A stretch of DNA of 64,000 nt, taken from Trypanosoma brucei (lineage: Eukaryota). A model generated the notes under the pieces. That model did no database searches. It saw nothing but the letters and a program-made list of their open reading frames with translations, and was not told the DNA's origin. The stretch is from contig CP000071.1 of the NCBI GenBank assembly GCA_000002445.1, positions 1,824,001 to 1,888,000 of the forward strand. Direction: 5' to 3'. Below are positions 8,611-17,842 of this stretch, piece after piece. The position numbers and the translations under genes are program-made. Each line of letters starts with the position of its first letter. Position 1 is the first letter of the stretch.

Positions 8611-11271
8611 ATGTCGAAGGCCCCTGAGCTGTGTTATTTGTTGCGCGCAGAGGGCCGCATTCATACAGCCGATGTTCGTCACGTTTCCTCTTCGTCGGGT
8701 CTCCTCTTAACCTCCTCGCGCGACCAGACTACTTTTGTCATTGATGCTCCAGGCACTACACCGTGGCCCTCAGGTGACGATTTTCCCACGGGGTTGACAC
8801 TCACCGGTCACACTGCTTTTGTCAACTTCGCCATAATGCATAGCGGGATACCGCTTTTGGGTGGTGAGCCATGCGTTATCACGGGCGGCAATGACAAACA
8901 TGTTGCACTATGGAACCCGCAAACAGCTGCGCTGGAAGCAGTTCTCGACAGTCACAGTCACGGTGTTTGCTGTGGTCTTGTGGTTACATCCACCGTTGCT
9001 GAAGGTGCGGGGCACGACGGTAGTGTTGGGGATATTGTGACAGGTGATTGGGGTGGTATGTGTCTCGTTTTTGATGCGACAACGGGTGATGTAAAGCAGT
9101 GCTACAGGGGACACTCAACAGCCGTTCGGAGTATCACGCAATTACCAAGGACCAGCAGCATTGTGAGCGCCTCTGGGGACAAAACCCTTCATCAGTGGAA
9201 CGTGGCGACGGGTGAGGAAATTGCCGTGTACACTGGTCATACAGATGTAGTTCAATGTGTATGTGCCATAAGCTCTACTCGGTTCGCCTCTGGTAGCAAC
9301 GATACGACGATCATAATTTGGGACACAACAGTTGGAACTCACCCCCTACGCAGCTTACTCATGCACCATAGTTTGGTCTACTCCTTGTGTTTTTGCAACG
9401 ACCGTCAGTTACTCTTCTCTGCTTCGGAAGACTGCACTGTGAAGGTGATTAGTGGCGCGAGCACTGTATCTGCCCCCACTGTAGGATCCTCGGTGGATGT
9501 TGGTGACGTGGCCGTAGTTCAGAGTATCAACCACCCATGTGTTGTGTGGTCTGTGTGCACAACGGAGGTTGGGGATATTGTGACGGGCGCCGCGGATGGT
9601 GCCGTGCGAGTGTGGACACTTAATGATGAGTTAATGGCATCTGTTGGAAAGTTGGAAGCACTTGCGGAGGCGGTTGCCACGCAGAAACTCGACATCAAGA
9701 TTACATCAATCGCCGGAACTAATATTGCTGATCTCCCCCCTGTAGAGCAACTCCATCAAAAGAAGGGGGTTCAAGAGGGTGAACGCTGCTTTGTACGCAC
9801 GAAGGGGGAAACGGTGGAAGTTTATGCATGGGACCAAGGCCGATGGGAGAAAATAGGCATCGTCACTGAGGGAACTCAGGGTCAACCGTACACAGGTGCG
9901 CAATCGGGCAGCGCAGCGCAGAAGCCCAAGGTGTATTTCAACGGGGTTCCCTACGATTACGTTTTCGATGTTGATGTGAATGGGACAATGCTTAAACTTC
10001 CGTACAACCGTGGTCAGAATATCTTTGACGCAGCGCAAGATTTCATCAATAAAAATAGCGCCGTTGTCTCCCAGACTCACAAGGAAGAGATACAAAACTT
10101 TATTCTGAATAACATCGACCCCCAGGACGCGCTGCTGCTGACCGGCTCGCAACAAGGGCTATCAGCTGCAGGGGGAGGAACGGTGTCTGGTGGTGGGAGT
10201 CATGAACCTGTTTTCTCCCAGTTCGCACGTGAAGCCATGGAGATGCGCCAAGCGGGTGCCTCGCACGTACCAAGTTGGGGTGAGGCGCTGCGAAACATGG
10301 AGAATGCCGGCGTAACTGCAAATGATGTTGCCTTCTCGGGTTATGCCCGCGAGGAGATTGAACTTCAAAGGCAGCAGGAGAAACAGCTGCCACAGGCGCC
10401 CACTGCGGGGGGAAGCGATGTCGTTGCATGGAGTAGTCATCGATACTTCACCTCCATCAACCTGGAGGGTGTGCAAAAGAAGATTAACGAACTAACAGGA
10501 GGCACGGAATTCGGAGAGCTCGTGCAACGAGTTGAGGCGGGAGCGAGGGCGGCGCCGAGTGTAGGCTTACTTCTTAACATCATGGAGCTTCACAAGCGGT
10601 TACCGGAGGCCTCGCGCTTCCCTGCGCTTGATTTGCTCAGTCGTCTACTGGCGGTGGGACGTCATCCCTACCGGTGGCTTCTGCTACTTTTAGGTGACAG
10701 CCCCGGGGAGTGGTATTGCTCCCCGCTAAAGTTTATGGAAGAATGCGTGTTGGGTGTCGACCGCGCCAGTGATGCTGAGTGTTTGGTGACTGTACGACTT
10801 TTCCTCCATGCTGCTGCAGCACTTGACGCCTTGCCGGCTAGCACCTCCATAACACCGGAACAAGCTGCGGTGCTGCTGCAGGCCTTTACACAAGCACCGC
10901 GTTCTTTCATCAAAAAGAATATGAACAACAACATGAAGAAATCAGTTAGTGCCCTGCTTCAGAATGTTTCCTTACTTCTTGCGCATGGCGCCCCAATGTT
11001 TGGTGATGAGGGTCGCCTGAACTGCACGCAGGAATGTGTGCGCATGGCATCCCACATGCTGCTACTGGAGCCCATGTCATCCCCCGTAATAGCGGAGGTA
11101 GTGGCCACGGTCTTAACGTTACTGCAGGCAGAAAGCACTGCTAACGCAGCTGCCGCTGTTGGTCGGGGCACTTTATTGCACACGATGCGTCTCCTGAAAT
11201 CTGGGTCAGAGCAGCGCTGCAGAAGGGCAGCAGATATAATCCTCCGTGTGCTAGAGGCTGATGGGTCTTGA
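8611..11271 (+). CDS. PLAA: Phospholipase A2-activating protein / Doa1/Ufd3 homologue (WD40 + PFU + PUL domains)
   Basis: The ORF starts with ATG. The N-terminus has a 7-bladed WD40 region (repeated GH..V...S.D.T...W motifs). The central PFU ubiquitin-binding domain is VPYDYVFDVDVNGTMLKLPYNRGQNIFDAAQDFINKN. The C-terminal region is an armadillo-like PUL domain. Confidence 0.85.
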   Translation: MSKAPELCYLLRAEGRIHTADVRHVSSSSGLLLTSSRDQTTFVIDAPGTTPWPSGDDFPTGLTLTGHTAFVNFAIMHSGIPLLGGEPCVITGGNDKHVALWNPQTAALEAVLDSHSHGVCCGLVVTSTVAEGAGHDGSVGDIVTGDWGGMCLVFDATTGDVKQCYRGHSTAVRSITQLPRTSSIVSASGDKTLHQWNVATGEEIAVYTGHTDVVQCVCAISSTRFASGSNDTTIIIWDTTVGTHPLRSLLMHHSLVYSLCFCNDRQLLFSASEDCTVKVISGASTVSAPTVGSSVDVGDVAVVQSINHPCVVWSVCTTEVGDIVTGAADGAVRVWTLNDELMASVGKLEALAEAVATQKLDIKITSIAGTNIADLPPVEQLHQKKGVQEGERCFVRTKGETVEVYAWDQGRWEKIGIVTEGTQGQPYTGAQSGSAAQKPKVYFNGVPYDYVFDVDVNGTMLKLPYNRGQNIFDAAQDFINKNSAVVSQTHKEEIQNFILNNIDPQDALLLTGSQQGLSAAGGGTVSGGGSHEPVFSQFAREAMEMRQAGASHVPSWGEALRNMENAGVTANDVAFSGYAREEIELQRQQEKQLPQAPTAGGSDVVAWSSHRYFTSINLEGVQKKINELTGGTEFGELVQRVEAGARAAPSVGLLLNIMELHKRLPEASRFPALDLLSRLLAVGRHPYRWLLLLLGDSPGEWYCSPLKFMEECVLGVDRASDAECLVTVRLFLHAAAALDALPASTSITPEQAAVLLQAFTQAPRSFIKKNMNNNMKKSVSALLQNVSLLLAHGAPMFGDEGRLNCTQECVRMASHMLLLEPMSSPVIAEVVATVLTLLQAESTANAAAAVGRGTLLHTMRLLKSGSEQRCRRAADIILRVLEADGS

Positions 11272-12243
11272 TAATTCGCAACGCGAAATTCAAAGATGAC
11301 CGTATGTCCATCAACACGAACTGAAGGCACTCCTTCAAAGTACCTATAAGTCCTTCATGGTACATTTTCCGGTATTCATGCGTCGTAGGTGCCTAATTTT
11401 CATTGTCGTTGCCATTATTGGTTGGCCTTCCTCCCATAACTTCAGACAGTAGTCCGTTGAACTGATGCAAGCACGCGCCTTCCGAAGGATAATGTAGCAT
11501 AACACGGTTACCTTGTCAGGTGCGAGGAGGCTCCGTGATTGAGTGGGCAAAAAAAAAGAAAAAGAATAAACAAATAAATAATGAAATGGGGAGGGAGGGA
11601 GGGAAGAGAGGCAATGGAAAGAATCTGAAGTGGGAAGTGGGAAGGAATTTGACAGGTGAGGAAAGTACGAGGAACCGTGTGACTCCCGCACACAAGTTGC
11701 ACTTCCGCGAATACTGTCAAAGTGCGCGACTTTGTTTTCTCCTCTTCCTAATGACAATTTGTGTGTCGTTTCACCTACTCTAAGGATTTTTTTTTCGTCG
11801 ACTCGCATTTGTGTCTTGCCAGAATTGGGTGTACTTCGCTCCTCTTCTTCTTCATTCTCATTTTCATCCTTTAACATCTCGCGAACAAACGTGCATACAT
11901 AAATTCCCCGCATTTTTTTTTTGGCGGACAAAAGTAACGAGCCCAAATCCAGTGTGGGAGAAAGGACAAAAGAAAACAACAGGCAAGCGAACAAGGTTGT
12001 GGTGGGCTGGAGTAAAGAAATATATTATTTTTCTATTTGGTGTATTTTATATTTCGCTTCTCCACAATAGCCATATACAAAAAAAAAACACCAATAACAA
12101 TATAAAATAAATAACAGCAAGCAATCAGCCTTTCAAACGGCAATAATCTGGAAGGGAGCAAATAAACTAATAGACAAACGGAAAACAGAAATATAAAGGA
12201 AGTGGATTACTCGAATCGTAACTTTAACTTCAGTGATATCAAT

Positions 12244-13254
12244 ATGAAGAAGGCTTTGATCTCGGATTTCTTTCGTGAGGGAGTAAATGTGGCTGCGCGG
12301 GGTGTAAGCGAATGCAATGGAGCTACTGCGCCTCAACTTCATTCTCGGTGTGATTCCAGCATAGATGATGTGGACAACCGAAGTGTTGGTTGTTGTCACA
12401 GTCGTTGCGATAGCGCAGGGAGCGAGTGGGTGTGCCCTGAACTGCATGAGAAACGCTCAGAGCGGGAAATCCTCCTCCTCACTCCATCCGTCGCCGCGCC
12501 CCAACATTACGACAAAAGAGAAAAGTTAAATGAAGCCGATTCCCTACACTTGAAACATGCAGCGGAGTATGAAATCATCGTCCCTGCTGTGGCCCGCGCG
12601 CTTCAACATGTGGTGGAGGCTCATGAAACCTGGCGGCTGGAGATGTCTTCATCTGCTGGTGGCATACGTGTGCGGAAAAGTCTCATTTCCAACAGTAGTG
12701 CCGCACATGCTGCTACAGATGTTGCTGCTGCATGTGGTTCTGAGGGCACCGTGAGAGAAAAGAAAAGGAATCACTATCCGCAGGTATTTGAATCAGCAGT
12801 GCCTCCACCCTTCACGCTCCTCCACTACGTGCAGATGCTGGCAAACCATACATTTGTATCGCCATCCGTCCTTGTTGCAGCGTGTTTATATACAGATCGA
12901 TTTATTGAACAGTGGTCCGACTTGCGGTTAACATTGAACAATGTATTCAAGATCTTTCTTACGGCTGTGCGCGTTGCCAACAAAATTCTGGACATTAGAG
13001 TACTAAATAATGAGGACTTCGCCGCTGTTGGTGGGGTGAGTAACCCGGAACTCAATGCCATGGAAAAGATATTTACATGGGGTCTACGATTTGACTTGTA
13101 CATCAGCTCAACGGAGTTTGACCGGTACGTCACCGGTCTCATGTCTCAATCTTCCACAAAACCTTTTAAGCAGGTCGGTTGCACTTGCAAAATCACGAAG
13201 TCAAACATTATGATTGAGGTACCTGCAGAGGCAGTGGAAGGCGCAGCAGTTTGA
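12244..13254 (+). CDS. PHO80-like cyclin (short paralogue)
   Basis: The track start at 12202 is a GTG. The first in-frame ATG is at 12244. The cyclin box is LLHYVQMLANHTFVSPSVLVAACLYTDRF...IFLTAVRVANKILDIRVLNNEDFAAVGGVSNPELNAMEKIFTWGLRFDLYISSTEFDRY. From memory, T. brucei has adjacent PHO80-type cyclins CYC10 and CYC11. I cannot verify that here. Confidence 0.8.
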   Translation: MKKALISDFFREGVNVAARGVSECNGATAPQLHSRCDSSIDDVDNRSVGCCHSRCDSAGSEWVCPELHEKRSEREILLLTPSVAAPQHYDKREKLNEADSLHLKHAAEYEIIVPAVARALQHVVEAHETWRLEMSSSAGGIRVRKSLISNSSAAHAATDVAAACGSEGTVREKKRNHYPQVFESAVPPPFTLLHYVQMLANHTFVSPSVLVAACLYTDRFIEQWSDLRLTLNNVFKIFLTAVRVANKILDIRVLNNEDFAAVGGVSNPELNAMEKIFTWGLRFDLYISSTEFDRYVTGLMSQSSTKPFKQVGCTCKITKSNIMIEVPAEAVEGAAV

Positions 13255-14716
13255 GCAAATCTCTCCTTTTTCATACCATAATATAATATTATTGGTAGTT
13301 CTCCTTCTTATCTTATCTTCTTCATCTTTTTTTCATATTCTCTTTTTTTTTCAAGTTTTTGTCTCCTTATGAGAGGTTGGTTGACAAGTGACTGCAACGA
13401 AATGCTTAGGCAAAAGTGAGAGGGGGAAAGTTTTTAAAAAAAGAAAAGAAGTGAGATATATGTGTGAAACAATGAGAGATTATTTTAAGTTCATTACTTA
13501 CCAATTTGTTTTCTCCTTTGGGTGCGAGTTAGGTTAAGGGAGAAATAAATCAATTACCACGGGATATAAATGTTTATATTTGTGTGAGTGCTTTTGTTTT
13601 TTTTTGCTTTATTTTTATTTGTCCGTGATTTTTTCTTTCCATTTCCTCTTTGTTTTTCATTTTCTGAGAGCTTCTTCTTGTTGTTGAGCGGAAGTTTCCA
13701 ACTGTTTTGTTTTTGTTTTTACCATCATTTACTTCCTTCTATTTCTTATTTTTCATTAATTCATTCAGTTTTTTTTGTTTTTGTTACGCCTTATTTACTT
13801 CTCTTCCCCACCACTATCATTTTCTTTTTGTTGTTGTTGAAGAAAGTTTTGTTCTTTTTTTTTTTTTTGATCGATTGATTTTGTTGTTTTTAGTTTGTTT
13901 GTTTTTGTTGTTTTTGTTGTTTGTGTGTTGCAATCGGCTGTGAAGATTTGCGTTTTTGTTTTTTTTTTGTGTGTGTGTGTTTGTTTTGGGGAAAAATAAA
14001 CGCCGTGGCGGCTTCACCATGCTTTTTTTTATTGTTTTTGCTTATGAAAAGGGATAATTTTTTTTTTTTAAAAAGAAAGTGATAAGTAACAAAGAGAAAT
14101 TTTTTTAAAAAAAGGTTAAAGTGCGTGGGGTAGAAATCAAAAAGAAAATGAAGAGAAAGAAAGTTTTTTCTTCTGCTTTTGTTGTGCCACTGCGAAGCTA
14201 AATGAAAGAGGGGAAGTAAACAAGTATATAAGTATATATTTATGTTTATTTATGTATACTTGTTTAAATGTACATTTATGTACAAATGAGGCAAACCAAA
14301 AAAAAAAGCAGAGGAAAAGAGGATTTTCTTCCCTTTTTATTTTATTTTTTTCTTTTGGATTCACTCCTGTTACGCATTGTTACGCCTTTATGTATTATTA
14401 TCATTATCATTATTATTATTATTACTATTATTATTCGGAAAGTATGACGATAAAAGTGAGAAGGCGAGTAGGTGAAATCACTCATATTTAAAGAAAAAGA
14501 AAAGGGTTGAAGGGAAGGAAAACAGAATGTATTCAAATGTATGCTTGTGTTTGTCTCTTTTTTTTTTATATATATTTTTCGAAAAAAAAAAAAGGAAGGG
14601 AAAAAAATGGACTTGCACTGGGAAACTTACAATAAAAGCAACTTATATTTGAAAGCAATAGGACGAAATAATATTAAATGAAGTGGTAATTTAATATTTT
14701 GTTCAATGTTAAATTT

Positions 14717-14748
14717 TCCCTTCCCCTCCCCCTCCCCCTCCCCCCTCT
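14717..14748. repeat. C-rich (CCCCT)n tract (G-rich on the minus strand)
   Basis: Read directly: cccttcccctccccctccccctcccccctc. Confidence 0.85.
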
Positions 14749-16065
14749 TTCGATTCCTTTTCTTTTTTGCTTTATTATCGTCATAACTATAACAATAATT
14801 ATTATTACTATCATTGTTACTTCTTTTATCATTATAATAATTTTCTATTAATATCATTTATTATTATTATTATTTATATTTGTGTGTAAGGCGCTGAAAG
14901 TAGCAGGAGAAGGAAAAAATAAAATAAAATAAAGACCAAAGAAAATATCAAAGAAAATAGCGAAGCAGAGATAAAATGATGAAATTATTAAAGAGTCAAT
15001 GGGTGTATTTAAGTGAATTGAGTGAATTTGCATTTGGAAGGTTTGGGAATTGAAATAATAACGGTGAGGGAGTTTTGATGGCTAACGGTGAGAAATGGAA
15101 ATAGAGAGAGTTTGTTTTTTTTTTGGTTTGTTTTTTTTTTGGTTTGTTTTTTTTTGGTGATTTACTTTCGCGACCCCTGCAGTTATTGTTGCGACCTCTG
15201 GATTTGTTCCACAGGGCTGCAGGTTTCTTTCACCTGTTATCTTTTTGTTTTATTTTGTTTTGTATTGCTTTTCACAAAAAAAAGAGAAAAAAAATAATAA
15301 TAATAAACGAAAAACTTTTTGTATAATGGTGCGTCACGTTTCATACAAACCATATCTTTAATATTTATATTTATCCATTTATTTACAAATAAATATTTAT
15401 AGTTATTTATCCCACTTCACTTCATCATGAGGTATATTCCGCTTCTAAACATAAATGTACCGGAATTTCTACCCTCTTTTTTTAAAAAAAAATAAAAATA
15501 AAAAGAATACTGACGGTTTTCATGCGAGTAACAAACTAAAAGCAAATAATTATTACCGTTGTGTTGTATGCTCATACGGTTGTTCAAAGCGTAGAGGTAA
15601 AAAAGAGAAGAAGAATAATAATAATAGTTTTATATTATTATTTTTTAAAAAAAGAAAGAAAGAAAGAAGAGAAAAATTAAAAATAAGAATAAAATTTTTC
15701 ATACCACCGTTCTTCCTGTCCTTGTCATCCTTCACCATTGAATTCCTTCAACTCTGTCCCCAATTGCAAAAGTCGCTTTTGCTTTCGTGTGTGTTTGCGT
15801 GTGTTTTTTTTCCTCCCTTCCCCCTTTAATTTCATTATTTTAAATTTATTTCTCTACAGCAACACCTCCTCACATCTTTCATTTCATTTCATTTTTTTTA
15901 TTGAAAACGTCAACATCTTTCGGTTTATATCTTTCGTTCCATTCATCGTTTTTTTTTCTTCTTCTCGTTGTTGTTGTTGTTGTTGTTTTCGCCATGTGGG
16001 CATGCGGGTGTATTTTCCCATTTCTTTTTATCTTTTGAGAATAAAATTTTTATACCGAATTTTTT

Positions 16066-16068
<3 letters not shown>

Positions 16069-16098
<30 letters not shown>
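16069..16098. repeat. (AT)15 microsatellite
   Basis: Read directly: atatatatatatatatatatatatatatat. Confidence 0.9.
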
Positions 16099-16101
<3 letters not shown>

Positions 16102-17800
16102 TTCCCCTTTTAATTTTATTTTTCAAACTTCACACCCCACACACACCCGCCTCACACATTCAAACAGACAAATACGCGCAAGCACGCGTGGTAAAAAAAA
16201 TAATAATAATAATAAATAAATAAAAATAGAAAAAGAGACATCCACGTCTTATTATCAGTAATATTAACACTAATGATTATTATTATCGTTATTATATCAA
16301 TGGTTATAATAATTATTGTTGTTATCATTACTGATGGATCCTTTTGGCGTGTTCATAAACAAACACCCGTCCCTTTTTGTATATATTTATTATTTATATC
16401 TACTTGTGAACGTTTATTATTACTATAAGGAAAAACAACAGCAACGATAAGGTGAAAGGAAAAAAGAAAAAAATAAAGTATGAAAGGAAAAAACAAAAAA
16501 AGAATAATGATGAAAAGAAAGTCATATAGGTTCCATGTCATTTTATTACCCTTTTTCTTTTTGACGCTGCTTTATGTTTTTTTTATATGTTTATATTTAT
16601 ATTTTCTTTTTCTTTTCGTTAATTTTTATACAGGTCTTCCATAACATTTTAAATCTAATTTGTTATTATTACTATCATTACAGTTTTTTTTTTCTTTGGG
16701 TCGTTAACACTGTTTCATATCCATGCTTGGATGTTAGTGTTTGACCGGAAGCGTCATCGGAAAATCATTTTCGACCATTTTTTTTTTTACTTTTCTTTCT
16801 TTTTTTGTATTTGCATATGTTCTTTTCTTTTCTTTTTTTTTCCTCATTCTTTTTTTGTTTGCGAATTAAAGGTAATGAGGCAAAAATACTTTGGTGGTCG
16901 CCTCTTACATGTGTTCATGTTCATGTTTATGTTTATGTTTATGTGTGTGTCTGTGTTTTGACTTTATGAGTAGTTGGATGCCGATTTTACGTCAGAATTA
17001 CATTTCACAACACATTTCCCATTCACTTCTTTTTTTTTTCCTCGCTATTGTTTCGCTTACTTTTCCATTCCATAATTCGCAATGGATGCGCAAGTGCTCG
17101 TATTTTGTTTTTTTTTTGTTGTTGTTGTTGCATTACGTGCTATTGATATTGTTTACTTCTATCGGTAATGCGTGATCATCTCTTATTTAATCAATCAAGT
17201 ATTTATTCTTCCTTATTTCTTTTTTCTATCTTACTATTTTGATAATCATTTATTAGTGAAAGTAAAAGGAATTGTTGTCATTAGGAAGTATAAGTTGAGA
17301 ATCAAATAGAATAAAAAGTTGCATCAAGCTGATAAACGACCTGAGACAAACGGCACGAAGAAATAGGGAAGGAAAATACGACAATTAGACAATCACAGCA
17401 TTTGAGGTTATATATATATATATATCTCTGTGTGTGTGTGTGTGCGTTTCATTATTTCCTTTGGGATTTTTAATTCTCCAGTGAAAATAAGGCATTTTCA
17501 CTACAACTGATTGATCGATACCCACTTTTCTCTCTCTCTTTCTCTTTCCTTTCACCGTTGGGCACAAAGTACTCCGTTTATCCCCTTGTTTCCTGGGTTT
17601 TTGTTACGCAGACGCAAAAGTGTCTGAAAATAAGAGGATAGGCAAAAAAAAAAAAGTAATACAAAAGGGAAGAAATTTCTTTCCTTTTTTTTCTTTTTTG
17701 CAGAAGGGAAACAAAAAGAAGTACAAAGTTATTGATAGTATTATTTAATCTCTCTAAATCCGGTGACTTGCGCCGCTATTGTTGACTGCTTCACCGACAG

Positions 17801-17842
17801 CATTATTTTTTTTTTTTTGTCGACTCTCCACGCTTCGCTCAC
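17801..17842 (+). promoter_or_regulatory. Polypyrimidine tract immediately upstream of the long cyclin paralogue
   Basis: cattatttttttttttttgtcgactctccacgcttcgctcac directly precedes the ATG at 17843. This would give a very short 5'UTR, so the acceptor AG may lie further upstream. Confidence 0.45.

Larger units (their letters stand above)
13255..17842. repeat. 4.6-kb ORF-free, low-complexity spacer between the two cyclin paralogues
   Basis: There is no ORF with coding-like composition. It is dense in T, A, TA, TTA, GTT and TG microsatellites, including (AT)15 at 16069-16098, (GTT)n near 15962-15985 and (CCCCT)n at 14717-14748. It also has a ttggtttgttttttttt x3 direct repeat at 15118-15165. 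Confidence 0.7.

Noticed and set aside
13588-13943. T-rich low-complexity ORFs in the spacers, translating to F/L-rich peptides. Other examples are 54816-55396, 15738-16067 and 20489-20938.
   Set aside because: They are translations of poly-T and microsatellite DNA. They show no codon periodicity and are open only because the sequence is simple.
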